A program made the position numbers and the translations under genes. Source: an uncultured Proteiniphilum sp. (lineage in GTDB: Bacteria; Bacteroidota; Bacteroidia; Bacteroidales; Dysgonomonadaceae). Taken from it: a stretch of DNA of 64,000 bases. Shown one piece after another: positions 1 through 9,821 of the stretch. The notes under the pieces are model-generated. The model was not told the origin of the DNA. It made no database searches and was given only the letters and a program-made list of their open reading frames with translations. The stretch spans positions 29-64,028 of the forward strand of contig CAZSBA010000002.1 in the NCBI GenBank assembly GCA_964605035.1, in the 5' to 3' direction. Each line of letters starts with the position of its first letter. The first letter of the stretch is position 1.

Positions 1-18
1 ATATATATCATTTTTCAT

Positions 19-124
19 TTCTCTTTTTGAAAACCCGAACTCTCTTCGGGGAGCGTAAGCTGTAGGAATCTCAGTAATAGCCCTTATTAAGTGAATCATT
101 CCGATTCTAATCGGACTATTCCGA
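19..124 (-). promoter_or_regulatory. Structured 5' leader of a minus-strand gene that starts at about position 18 and runs off the window edge
   Basis: TATCTTTA promoter-like motif at 130-137 (-). Alternative helices in the leader, plus a CCCGAA/UUCGGG hairpin (34-50) followed by UUUU just before a possible ATG at 18 (MKNDIY...). Confidence 0.45.
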
Positions 125-277
125 AAATGTAAAGATACTATTATTTTTTTTGATACTCTTGTTTTGATTATAAATAAAAATCAAATTTATAACACCTAAC
201 ACTTTCATTTGTCAGATAGTTGCTTTTCAACTTTTCAACAGAAATGATTACCTTTGCACCTCAAAATCAACGATAGA

Positions 278-1342
278 ATGGAAATTGCAGCATTAGTGTC
301 AGGTGGAGTGGATAGTTCGGTTGTAGTGCATCAACTTAAAGAGATGGGGTACGATCCAACAATCTATTATATCAAAATTGGCATGGAAGACAAGGATGGA
401 TATATAGATTGCCCATCAGAAGAGGATATTGAGATAGTAACATACATAGCAAAAAAATATGGTTGCCGTTTTGAAACTGTTTCACTTCACGAAGAATATT
501 GGGAGACCGTGGTTAAATATACAATAGATTCTGTTAAAAGGGGTTTAACTCCTAATCCTGATATGATGTGCAATAAATTAATCAAATTTGGTGTATTTGA
601 GCAGAAATGGGGACATGATTTTGACAAAATTGCCACTGGTCACTATGCTACTACAACCGAACAAGATGGACTGACCTGGCTTTCAACGGCAAAAGACCCT
701 GTTAAAGATCAGACTTATTTTTTGGGTCAGATTAGTTATCTTCAGGTCTCAAAACTAATGTTTCCTATAGGAAATTTAATGAAGTCAGAAGTTCGAAATA
801 TTGCCTTAAAACAAAATCTACCTTCTGCAAAAAGAAAAGATAGTCAAGGCATATGCTTCTTAGGCAAAGTAAACTATAACGAATTTATTGAACGCTATCT
901 AGGCAGGAAAGAAGGTTTAATAGTGGAACTTGAAACCGGAAATATTCTGGGTAAACATCAAGGATATTGGTTTCATACCATAGGTCAGCGAAAAGGACTG
1001 GGGCTGAGTGGTGGACCATGGTTTGTTATTAAAAAAGACATAAACAGAAATATAATTTACGTATCTAAGGGTTACGACACTAAACATCAATATGGTGATG
1101 TTATTAACTTACAAGGTTTTGAATTTATCACTAAAGATATTTGGGGTGAATTTGAAGATGAGAAGGAGGTAACATTCAAAATAAGACATACACCTGAATT
1201 TACTAAGGGTTTTTTAACTAGAACTGGTGATATGTATAAAATCCACTCACATGAGCCTGTACAAGGCATTGCAGCTGGTCAGTTTGGTGTGATATATGAC
1301 AAAGAAGGCAAATTGTGTTTGGGAAGCGGTATGATTATATAA
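278..1342 (+). CDS. mnmA: tRNA-specific 2-thiouridylase MnmA
   Basis: Motifs [40 protein letters not shown] and QGIAAGQ. Start moved to ATG 278 because the ORF-track TTG lies inside the TACCTTTG promoter (249-256). Confidence 0.95.
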   Translation: MEIAALVSGGVDSSVVVHQLKEMGYDPTIYYIKIGMEDKDGYIDCPSEEDIEIVTYIAKKYGCRFETVSLHEEYWETVVKYTIDSVKRGLTPNPDMMCNKLIKFGVFEQKWGHDFDKIATGHYATTTEQDGLTWLSTAKDPVKDQTYFLGQISYLQVSKLMFPIGNLMKSEVRNIALKQNLPSAKRKDSQGICFLGKVNYNEFIERYLGRKEGLIVELETGNILGKHQGYWFHTIGQRKGLGLSGGPWFVIKKDINRNIIYVSKGYDTKHQYGDVINLQGFEFITKDIWGEFEDEKEVTFKIRHTPEFTKGFLTRTGDMYKIHSHEPVQGIAAGQFGVIYDKEGKLCLGSGMII

Positions 1343-1377
1343 GGAATTAGCATAAATTTGTTGCCAAAAGAATTTAG

Positions 1378-1881
1378 ATGAAAAAATCTGTAATATTTAT
1401 AGTTCTATTTCTATTGTTATCGCTATCCAAGCTATTTGCACAGTTTGAAGGCACTATTGGAGTGGGAACACAAGCAGGGTATGCAACAGAGATAAATAGC
1501 CTAGGTGCAGGTATTCATATCCATTATTACAGAACTAATAATCTCAGAATTGCTCCTTCTTTTACCTATTTTATTGAACGAAAAGGTGAAAATATGTGGA
1601 TGATTGACGCAGATGCGCATTATGTTATTCCCGTTTCGATAACTGCTTCGTTATACCCTATTGCGGGAATTCATTATTCGAATTGGAATTTTGATGCAGA
1701 TTCTGAAAGGATAGTTAACGAGTTAGAGCCACGAGTTAAACATCGTCCTGGCGTGAATTTAGGTCTTGGCTTTCAACATGATATTGGTTACAGGGTGAGA
1801 GCAAATTTTGAACTAAAATATCAGTTTCTAAAAGACTATTCGCAGGTTATGTTTATGGCAGGTTTTGGCTTTTGGTTCTAA
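1378..1881 (+). CDS. Small outer-membrane beta-barrel protein (OMP_b-brl/porin family)
   Basis: Signal peptide, alternating amphipathic strands, and C-terminal GFGFWF BAM signal. Confidence 0.75.
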   Translation: MKKSVIFIVLFLLLSLSKLFAQFEGTIGVGTQAGYATEINSLGAGIHIHYYRTNNLRIAPSFTYFIERKGENMWMIDADAHYVIPVSITASLYPIAGIHYSNWNFDADSERIVNELEPRVKHRPGVNLGLGFQHDIGYRVRANFELKYQFLKDYSQVMFMAGFGFWF

Positions 1882-1910
1882 CACCTCCTATTAAATTTTT
1901 GAATATATAT

Positions 1911-3134
1911 ATGAAAGACTTTATAACTCAAGAGATAAAAAACGAAAATGCTGTATTGGTAGGTCTTATCACTCCCGATCAGAATGAAGAGAAGATTACT
2001 GAATACCTTGATGAACTTGCCTTTTTAGCAGAGACTGCTGGGCTAATACCCAACAAGAGATTTACACAGAGACTTGATTCACCTAACACTGCCACATTTG
2101 TTGGTAAAGGGAAGTTAGAGGAGATTGAGGCTTACATTAAAGATGAAGACAATGAGATAGGAGTAGTAATTTTTGATGATGAACTTTCGGCTAGACAACT
2201 TCGTAATATAGAGAAAGTACTCAAGATAAGAATCATGGACAGAACGAGTCTTATACTTGATATTTTTGCAATGAGAGCTCAAACAGCTCATGCAAAAGTG
2301 CAGGTTGAATTGGCTCAATATGAGTATTTACTACCAAGACTTACAAGAATGTGGACCCACCTCGAGAGACAACGAGGAGGAGGTGGCACAATAATGAGGG
2401 GTCCTGGTGAGACTCAGCTTGAAACCGACCGTCGAATAATTCTCGATAAGATTTCAAGACTTAAACAACAATTGAAAGATATTGACAAGCAGAAAACAGT
2501 TCAAAGGAAAAACAGAGGAAAGCTTGTGCGAGTAGCTCTTGTGGGCTATACAAATGTGGGCAAATCAACCATAATGACACTATTAAGTAAAAGCGAGGTG
2601 TTTGCTGAAAACAAGCTTTTTGCTACACTCGACACAACCGTACGTAAGGTAACTGTTGCCAACCTCCCTTTCTTATTATCTGACACTGTTGGATTTATAA
2701 GAAAACTACCTACTCATCTTATTGAATCTTTTAAATCGACGCTTGATGAGGTTCGTGAAGCAGATATACTATTGCATGTTGTTGACATCTCTCACCCTGC
2801 CTTTGAAGAACAGATTTCGGTTGTAGAGAAAACACTTTTTGAAATTGATGATTCTGATAAGCCCACAATTCTTGTATTTAATAAAATTGATGCCTTTACT
2901 TATACTTTAAAAGATGAGGATGATTTAACACCAAAGAAGCGTGAGAACTATACTTTAGAGGAGCTAAAGCAAAGCTGGATTAGCAAGATGAAAGAGAACT
3001 GCATATTCATCTCTGCCAAAGAAAAGGACAATATCGACTCTTTGAAAGATCTTATCTACGAAAAAGTAAAGGATATACACGTTACGCGATTCCCATATAA
3101 TGACTTTCTATACCAAACTTATGATGAAGATTAA
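1911..3134 (+). CDS. hflX: GTPase HflX
   Basis: Motifs RGPGETQLETDRR, GYTNVGKST, LFATLDTT, DTVGF and NKID. Likely start is ATG 1911. Confidence 0.96.
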   Translation: MKDFITQEIKNENAVLVGLITPDQNEEKITEYLDELAFLAETAGLIPNKRFTQRLDSPNTATFVGKGKLEEIEAYIKDEDNEIGVVIFDDELSARQLRNIEKVLKIRIMDRTSLILDIFAMRAQTAHAKVQVELAQYEYLLPRLTRMWTHLERQRGGGGTIMRGPGETQLETDRRIILDKISRLKQQLKDIDKQKTVQRKNRGKLVRVALVGYTNVGKSTIMTLLSKSEVFAENKLFATLDTTVRKVTVANLPFLLSDTVGFIRKLPTHLIESFKSTLDEVREADILLHVVDISHPAFEEQISVVEKTLFEIDDSDKPTILVFNKIDAFTYTLKDEDDLTPKKRENYTLEELKQSWISKMKENCIFISAKEKDNIDSLKDLIYEKVKDIHVTRFPYNDFLYQTYDED

Positions 3135-4510
3135 TTGCATAAAGCATCATTAAGTGCTTTAACAGCCTCTTCGTAATGCTCTCGTTTTATAACAAACTGC
3201 ATATTTACCTGCATTAGAGATTGAGCGAAGCTCTCTATATTTATATTTCTATCATAAAGGGCTTTAGATGCTTTATATAGAAATCCAGGCAGAGCAATAT
3301 TTGTTCCCATTACACAAACAATAGCCATAGGTTCTACTGAAACCTGATAAAATATATCTCTGATAACACTAATAAGCTCTTTGCTTTTTTCATTATCCCA
3401 CACTACCATGGTTATTGAGTTTGCATTGGTAGATTTTAATATATAACTCACACCATACTTAACAAAATAGTTCATTATTTGACCATCAAATCCAACCTCA
3501 CCAACCATCATAGGGTCGTGTACCTCAACAGCTATTACTTTTCTTGAACCTGAAACTATCTCCACTCTCGGTTCTGGTGATACATAATCGGCAGAAATGA
3601 TTGTTCCTGGATGGTCTGGCTCGAACGTATTTTTAATACGTATATCAATACCAGCCAACTCCAGAGGCTTAGCAGCTTTAGGGTGTATGGCTTCCATACC
3701 AATATCTGCTAACTGATCGGCAATTATATAGTTGGTATGTCCAACGGGAATACTATTTTCAACTCCAACAATCTTTGGATCTGCACTAGATAAATGATAT
3801 TCTTTATGAATTACGGCCTCATCGGCATTAACTTCAACTGCAATTTTACTGAAAGTAACTTCGCTGTACCCTCGATCGAAAGCCCTCATAATCCCCTCTG
3901 TACCTTTAGTATATCCAGTAACAATACAGAGAACTTTACTAAAGTCGATACCTTTAAACTCTCTGTGAATTCGCTCATCAATTGTAAGAGGTTCGTTATC
4001 ATTAAAACCGCATAAATCAACAAAACGCGCATTTATTCCATTATTATTTAGTATATTAACTGAATTCCACCCTGAATGTGCTTCACCTATAGAAGCAAGA
4101 ATTTCACGAGCTGCAAGGTGAATATCAGTACGATTTACATAGCCCGAAGCCAGGACTTTACCAAGACTATACAATAAGGTCTTAGCCTGATCTACGCGAA
4201 AGCGAATGAAATCACGTGCTTCTTTAAGATCCAGACCATAATCAGCAAATCCATCATTTATTAATAGCAATCGCTGACAAAATGAATCGAGCGCACTACT
4301 ATAATCCTCACCATTTAAGAATCTATTATAAATACCAGGTTCACCTGTTTTCTTATGTTCAAGCAGCCAGTTAGTAACATTGTTATAAGCTGATACCACA
4401 AAAATGCGGTTATATAAATCATCACCTTTACGGTCGCCCTTGATTATATTTTGTAATACTTCTTGGAACTGCGACATGGAGGTGCCTCCAATTTTTTCTA
4501 CTGTAAGCAT
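3131..4510 (-). CDS. ask: Aspartate kinase of the ectoine-associated (Ask_Ect) subfamily
   Basis: N-terminus TVEKIGGTSMS...RIFVVSAY...LLEHKKTGEPG, plus FDRGYSEVTF, IHKEYHLSSADP and GMEAIHP; two C-terminal ACT domains. Confidence 0.88.
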   Translation of the reverse strand: MLTVEKIGGTSMSQFQEVLQNIIKGDRKGDDLYNRIFVVSAYNNVTNWLLEHKKTGEPGIYNRFLNGEDYSSALDSFCQRLLLINDGFADYGLDLKEARDFIRFRVDQAKTLLYSLGKVLASGYVNRTDIHLAAREILASIGEAHSGWNSVNILNNNGINARFVDLCGFNDNEPLTIDERIHREFKGIDFSKVLCIVTGYTKGTEGIMRAFDRGYSEVTFSKIAVEVNADEAVIHKEYHLSSADPKIVGVENSIPVGHTNYIIADQLADIGMEAIHPKAAKPLELAGIDIRIKNTFEPDHPGTIISADYVSPEPRVEIVSGSRKVIAVEVHDPMMVGEVGFDGQIMNYFVKYGVSYILKSTNANSITMVVWDNEKSKELISVIRDIFYQVSVEPMAIVCVMGTNIALPGFLYKASKALYDRNINIESFAQSLMQVNMQFVIKREHYEEAVKALNDALCN

Positions 4511-4606
4511 TTTATTATAATTTAAAATGAAAAAATTCTCTGTTTTTATTTAAAAGTCTATCAAACAAATTGCATGTGAGAGAAGAAAAGTAACGATAAT
4601 GTGAAG

Positions 4607-5182
4607 TTAAAACTCCTTCAACTCCTTATATACTTTGAAAACGGGCAATCCCATAACATTATAGTATGAACCCTCAATTCTTTCAACTGCCATATAACCA
4701 ATCCACTCTTGCACACCATAAGCTCCCGCTTTGTCAAAAGGCTTATATTTAGAAACATAATAATCTATCTCTGCATCAATCAGTTTACCAAATGTAACAA
4801 GCGAAGTATCAGAAAAGCTCACTTGCTTTTCTGTTGATGTGAGACATACAGCAGTTATTACTTTATGAGTTTTGCTTGAAAGAACTCGTAGCATTGTAGC
4901 CGACTCCTCTTCATTTGCTGGCTTTCCAAGAATCTTGTTCTCCAGCAATACTACTGTATCGGCTGTAATAAGTAACTCTTTATCTTTTAGTTCTGGCTGA
5001 TATGCAGAAGCTTTCTTCTCTGCAAGATAAACAGCCACATCTTCAATATGAAGTGAGTTGGGATAAGACTCATCAACATCGGGGATAACTCTTGTTTCGT
5101 AATCGATATCAAGTCCCGAAAGTAGCTCTTTACGCCTCGGAGAGTTAGATGCCAATATTATCTTGTAATCGTTTAATTTCAT
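4607..5182 (-). CDS. maf: Maf family nucleoside triphosphate pyrophosphatase
   Basis: Motifs ILASNSPRRKELL, LITADTVV, KAGAYGVQ and GSYYNVMGLP. Confidence 0.93.
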   Translation of the reverse strand: MKLNDYKIILASNSPRRKELLSGLDIDYETRVIPDVDESYPNSLHIEDVAVYLAEKKASAYQPELKDKELLITADTVVLLENKILGKPANEEESATMLRVLSSKTHKVITAVCLTSTEKQVSFSDTSLVTFGKLIDAEIDYYVSKYKPFDKAGAYGVQEWIGYMAVERIEGSYYNVMGLPVFKVYKELKEF

Positions 5183-5278
5183 AAATTTTTATAATCCCAT
5201 TCATTCATAATCAGTGTTTACAACTTACAAAGATAAACATTTATCAATTTAAATTGTAAATTTGCATAAAAAGAGCTT

Positions 5279-5986
5279 ATGAAACTTGACCTCTGTCCTT
5301 CTCCAGCACTATATCCATATTACAAATCTGATAATGATACTGTTGTAGTTGTAGATGTATTTAGAGCTTCGGCTACAATGTGTACGATGTTGAACAACGG
5401 TGCATCAGCTATTATCCCTGTTTCAAACAGTGAAATAGCAAAAGAGTACAAATCCAAAGGATATCTTGTGGGTGCAGAACGTAATACAAAGAGATGCGAA
5501 TTTGCAGACTTCGGCAATTCACCTTTTGATTATACTTCTAAAAAAGTGAATGGTAAAGAAATCGTATTTACAACCACCAATGGTACCAGAGCAATTGATG
5601 TTGCAAGCGATTGCAAAGAACTTTTGATAGGAACATTTCCAAACATTGATGCTGTTGCAGGTAAATGCTTAAAAAGTGCTGAAAGAGTAGTTATATTATG
5701 TGCAGGTTGGAATAACCGTATAAATATTGAAGACACTCTATTTGGAGGTGCTTTTGCAGAAATACTTTTAGAAAAAGCTAAAGTAAAGTTCGATTCGGAT
5801 GCAATTAGAATGAGTTATGAGCTGTGGTTTAGAGTTAAAGATAACTTAGATGATTATCTTAAGGTAAGCGACCATTACCAGCGTCTTATTAATAATAATG
5901 CTGTTGGCGACGCAAACTATTGCATAACTCGAAACAGCCTATCTATAGTTCCGACATACAATAAATCAGATAGAAAGATATATTAA
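5279..5986 (+). CDS. 2-phosphosulfolactate phosphatase (ComB) family protein
   Basis: Motifs VVVDVFRASATM, GAER, DFGNSP, FTTTNGTRA and EDTLFGG. Confidence 0.85.
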   Translation: MKLDLCPSPALYPYYKSDNDTVVVVDVFRASATMCTMLNNGASAIIPVSNSEIAKEYKSKGYLVGAERNTKRCEFADFGNSPFDYTSKKVNGKEIVFTTTNGTRAIDVASDCKELLIGTFPNIDAVAGKCLKSAERVVILCAGWNNRINIEDTLFGGAFAEILLEKAKVKFDSDAIRMSYELWFRVKDNLDDYLKVSDHYQRLINNNAVGDANYCITRNSLSIVPTYNKSDRKIY

Positions 5987-6390
5987 TCGTCTCCCCAGTC
6001 GAAATCTTCAAAACTAATTACATCTGTAAAATCTTCAAGATCTCTGCGTTCCTTCTTAGTAGGACGTCCAGATCCTCTTTGTCTGTCTACAAAACCACTT
6101 ATCTTATTTAATTCAAGTATCTCATATTGATCAGGGGTTGTTACGTTCTCCATGAAATCATGAACTAGCTTTGCACCCATGCGTTTATCGGCTAACTTGA
6201 GCACTTTGAAAGAGAATATTACAGGTGGTTTTCTAACCTGAACAACATCCCCTACTCTAATGGTTCTTGAGGCTTTAACAGCTACGTTGTCTATCATTAC
6301 ACGATTCTTCTTGCAAGCATCAACTGCAAGAGTTCGAGTTTTGAATATCCTAACTGACCACAACCATTTATCTATTCTAACTTCTCCCAT
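5983..6390 (-). CDS. hslR: S4-domain RNA-binding protein, Hsp15/HslR family
   Basis: Motifs RIDKWLWSVRIFKTRTLA and GRPTKKERR. Confidence 0.9.
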   Translation of the reverse strand: MGEVRIDKWLWSVRIFKTRTLAVDACKKNRVMIDNVAVKASRTIRVGDVVQVRKPPVIFSFKVLKLADKRMGAKLVHDFMENVTTPDQYEILELNKISGFVDRQRGSGRPTKKERRDLEDFTDVISFEDFDWGDD

Positions 6391-6415
6391 TACTATGTAT
6401 TAGCAAACAGATCAT

Positions 6416-6976
6416 TTACTTGTTGTTGTACTGATTCATCGTAATATTTATACCAGCAAGACAAAAACTAGATATTATCTCTGTTGCTGTTTGAATTCTC
6501 TCTGGTAACTTAAGCTTTTCTTCATCACAGAATTCTTCAAGCACATAATCTACCTGAGCTCCGCGAGGGAAATCATTACCGATTCCGAATCTTAAACGAG
6601 GGTAATTCTGACCTATTAAATCTTGTATGTGTCTCAAACCATTGTGTCCAGCATCACTACCTTTTGACTTTAACCTAAGTGTTCCAAAAGGCAAAGCCAA
6701 GTCGTCAACCACAACAAGAAGATTATTATTATTAATCTTCTCCTTTTGCATCCAGTAACGGATTGCGTTACCACTAAGATTCATAAAAGTTGAAGGTTTG
6801 AGCAAGATAAGCGATTTATTCTTAAGTCGCATTTGCGATACAAGGCCATATCGCTTATCCTCAAAAACAGCATTGGACGCTTTTGCAAAAGCGTCCAATA
6901 CCATAAAGCCTATATTGTGGCGGGTTCGCTCATAATCAGGTCCGATATTGCCCAATCCCGCTATCAAATATTTCAT
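6416..6976 (-). CDS. pth: Peptidyl-tRNA hydrolase
   Basis: Motifs [23 protein letters not shown] and GHNGL. Confidence 0.97.
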   Translation of the reverse strand: MKYLIAGLGNIGPDYERTRHNIGFMVLDAFAKASNAVFEDKRYGLVSQMRLKNKSLILLKPSTFMNLSGNAIRYWMQKEKINNNNLLVVVDDLALPFGTLRLKSKGSDAGHNGLRHIQDLIGQNYPRLRFGIGNDFPRGAQVDYVLEEFCDEEKLKLPERIQTATEIISSFCLAGINITMNQYNNK

Positions 6977-6985
6977 AAACTAATA

Positions 6986-7624
6986 CTATTCTTCTGAAGT
7001 CTCTTCTGTAGTAGTTTCTTCTCCATCAGTTTCATCACCCTCTAAAGCTGCTGCTGCACTCATATCACTTCTTGTTGCACGTGTCACCTGAACACGACAT
7101 ACTACAGCATTCTTAGCGTTTAGCAACTCAAGTCCGTCAAATTTCAAATCTCCAACCTGAATAGATTTTCCGATTTTTAATTTTTCAACATTTATAACTA
7201 GTTCTTCTGGCAAGTTAGCTGCTAAAGCTCTAACTCTCAATTTACGTGAGTCGAGAGATAGTTTTCCACCAGCTTTCACACCAGCAGCTAATCCTTCTAA
7301 ACGTACAGGTATTTCAATAACCACTGGTACATTTTCGAATACATGTAGAAAATCTAGATGTAAAACTACATCCTTAACAGGATGAAACTGAGCATCTTTT
7401 AGAATTGCTTGCATTTTTTTGCCCCCTAATTCGAGGTTAACCAGAAATACTTCTGGAGTATAAATGAGATTACGCACATCACTTTGCTTTACAACAAAGT
7501 TTATGTTGTCCTCATCATGTCCACCGTATATTACGCAAGGTATTAACCCCTGACGACGAAATGATTTCGCTGCCTTTTTCCCAAAACCATCTCTGATTTC
7601 GCCTTTTAATTCAAATGTTTTCAT
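6986..7624 (-). CDS. rplY: 50S ribosomal protein L25/general stress protein Ctc
   Basis: Motifs IPCVIYG, QFHPVKDVVLHLDF and GVKAGG; acidic tail; adjacent to pth. Confidence 0.95.
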   Translation of the reverse strand: MKTFELKGEIRDGFGKKAAKSFRRQGLIPCVIYGGHDEDNINFVVKQSDVRNLIYTPEVFLVNLELGGKKMQAILKDAQFHPVKDVVLHLDFLHVFENVPVVIEIPVRLEGLAAGVKAGGKLSLDSRKLRVRALAANLPEELVINVEKLKIGKSIQVGDLKFDGLELLNAKNAVVCRVQVTRATRSDMSAAAALEGDETDGEETTTEETSEE

Positions 7625-7710
7625 TTTTAAAATTGTTTGTGTTACTCAAAATAAAGTGCTTTCCTTATTTCCCATCACACGGGAGCTTTCAAAAAAGCGG
7701 CGCAAAGATA
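7625..7710 (-). promoter_or_regulatory. rplY promoter (TATCTTTG, 7703-7710) and structured ~70-nt leader
   Basis: Exact Bacteroidetes -7 motif. Small hairpins GCUUU/AAAGC, UCCC/GGGA and AAAUAA/UUAUUU in the leader. Confidence 0.5.
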
Positions 7711-7737
7711 GTGATTTACTATTTATTATGCAATTTT

Positions 7738-9642
7738 CTACCTTACTCTTTTTTTCAAATCTTCTACTTGAATTGACATTAGCCTACCAATAGGTTTGTC
7801 ATTACGGTAACTAATTATCCTCATAACAACTGCATCACTTGGAATAAGTTGTGGTTCGGTATATTGTGGATAAAAGTTATCGGGAGTTGAAGCATCAAAA
7901 CTTGTATATATTTCCAATCCATTAATTTCGGGAGTAAGAGTTACATAATAATCGTCTCCTTCTTTAGTAACAGTTACTTCAGGGTCGTATATGGCTGGCG
8001 AGTATTTTGTTTTTGCATGATCGAAACGAACAAAATGCTGCTCTGTTTTTGAGATGAATCTATCCCAATCCTTATTAGATTTAGGAGACCATAAAGATTC
8101 TGATACTGCAAATGCACGAGGCCACGTCATATATTCAGCTTGTCGAATATTGTAAATCTGTTCTGTCCATAAGTTTGCCTGACCTCCTAATATATAATCT
8201 CCGTTAGCTCCCTCTGGAATCGGATCAAATCTATAGGTCTGATTGAGTCTCAAAGAGGCATAAACTCTAGGCTCTGTTGCAATATCTCCCTGCATATAAT
8301 CTATATAGACGTAATTATTAGGACTCATCACAACATAATGGCCTGAATTAGAAGCTTCTATTCCATGATCTATTCCGCGCCAGCTCATCAAACCAGTTGT
8401 AGGAGTTATTCCACCCTCTAGGATTTCATCCCAACCCATCATCTTTTTGTTTTTTGACAGAATAATTTGCTCAACCCTTTTACCAAAATATGATTGAACT
8501 TCTGCCATATTATTTAATTTCTCGCGTTTCATGAGTTCTTTCACTTCCGATGATTTTTCCCAAAAAGTATACGGTGCTTCATCGCCACCAGTGTGAATAT
8601 ACTCAAAAGGGAAAAGATCTGAAACTTCGGTGATAACTTTTTCTATGAACTCGTAGACTTTTTCATCAGCAGGATTTAAAGTGTTTTCATAAATAGCCGC
8701 AGGGCGTCCACCTGTATTCCAATCTAGAAAAGGAGCACCCGTTCTTACAAAATGATCTCCACCTTCTGGGAAGCATGATAGCTCGGGATATGCTGCTAAA
8801 ACTGCAGATGCATGCCCCGGAACATCAATCTCGGGCATAATTTGAATATTTCTTTCTAATGCATAATTAACAACATCTTTGATTTCATCTTGTGTATAGT
8901 AGCCCCCATAATTTTTTGGAGCATCCGGATCGGGTTGTTGGAAGTCTCCAAACCAGCCTATTTGCTCAGTACGCCATGCGCCAACTTCAGTTAATTTTGG
9001 CAAACTCTTTATTTCTATCCTCCATCCTTCGTCATCTGTAAGATGCCAATGAAATATATTGTATTTATATTTCACCATGTTGTCGATATACTTCTTTACT
9101 TCGTCTACTGTAAAGAAATGGCGTGACACATCAAGCATCAATCCTCTCCAACCAACTCTTGGGTAATCTACAATCTCTATCTGAGGTATCTGCCAAGAAA
9201 CATTATCCTCTTTTTTATCACTCTCAATTTGAGGCGGAAATAACTGAAACAATGTTTGCAAACCATATATCAAACCTGCTGATTTATTGGCCTCTATTGT
9301 TACTTTATCTACGGTTACATGAAGGGTATACCCCTCTTCGCCTATTTGTTTGTTTTCTCTACTATTTAACAAAAGTGCAATGTCTGCATTTTTATCAGAG
9401 TTACTAAAATTAACCCTTTTGCCTGGAGCAGTAGTTAATTTCATTTCTATTAAACTCTTAAGGTAACCATTTTCCTCACCTTTTGGGATTGAAACATCTA
9501 CCTCGTCTGGCAAAACATAGTGCCCCCCTTTTTTAACCATCGAAACCGGTTCAGGGATTATCGAAATCTTCCGCTCCACTTGTTGCGCAAAAATCGTCAA
9601 AGTGAAAACGATTAACGACATTAAAAGAATTATCTTTTTCAT
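7738..9642 (-). CDS. Beta-N-acetylhexosaminidase, glycoside hydrolase family 20
   Basis: Motifs RGLMLDVSRHF, FHWHLTDDEGWR, PEIDVPGH, catalytic HTGGDE and GGQANLWTE. Signal peptide from ATG 9642. Confidence 0.93.
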   Translation of the reverse strand: MKKIILLMSLIVFTLTIFAQQVERKISIIPEPVSMVKKGGHYVLPDEVDVSIPKGEENGYLKSLIEMKLTTAPGKRVNFSNSDKNADIALLLNSRENKQIGEEGYTLHVTVDKVTIEANKSAGLIYGLQTLFQLFPPQIESDKKEDNVSWQIPQIEIVDYPRVGWRGLMLDVSRHFFTVDEVKKYIDNMVKYKYNIFHWHLTDDEGWRIEIKSLPKLTEVGAWRTEQIGWFGDFQQPDPDAPKNYGGYYTQDEIKDVVNYALERNIQIMPEIDVPGHASAVLAAYPELSCFPEGGDHFVRTGAPFLDWNTGGRPAAIYENTLNPADEKVYEFIEKVITEVSDLFPFEYIHTGGDEAPYTFWEKSSEVKELMKREKLNNMAEVQSYFGKRVEQIILSKNKKMMGWDEILEGGITPTTGLMSWRGIDHGIEASNSGHYVVMSPNNYVYIDYMQGDIATEPRVYASLRLNQTYRFDPIPEGANGDYILGGQANLWTEQIYNIRQAEYMTWPRAFAVSESLWSPKSNKDWDRFISKTEQHFVRFDHAKTKYSPAIYDPEVTVTKEGDDYYVTLTPEINGLEIYTSFDASTPDNFYPQYTEPQLIPSDAVVMRIISYRNDKPIGRLMSIQVEDLKKRVR

Positions 9643-9821
9643 TTTATGGAAATTAAAATATTTAATTTTATATATAAGATTCCACAAACATACAAAATTT
9701 GCAAATAATGCTAATCTAAAATCTTCCTTTTCTATTAAATCAGTTCATGTTACAGAAAAAATAACTACTTTTGCAGTTCCCAAAAGATGTTCAGTTAAAG
9801 GAAAATAAGTTCATTCAGAAA

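Noticed and set aside
30-95. Partial resemblance of the left-edge leader to TPP (CUGAGA) or ZTP (GGGGAGCG) riboswitch cores
   Set aside because: The other obligatory elements (ACCUGAU/AGGGA for TPP; GACUGGCG and CGCCUGGGC for ZTP) are absent, so it is left unassigned.
254-277. N-terminal extensions given by the ORF track (mnmA, hflX, GH20, nusB, wHTH, SulP, lipA, aminotransferase and others)
   Set aside because: The upstream TTG/GTG/ATG starts overlap TAnnTTTG promoters or neighbouring genes, and downstream ATGs match the family N-termini.
3131-5986. TTAA shared by the convergent stops of hflX/ask (3131-3134) and comB/hslR (5983-5986) as a target-site duplication around an ask-maf-comB insertion
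   Set aside because: TTAA is simply two overlapping TAA stops, common in AT-rich genomes. There is no transposase and no terminal inverted repeats.
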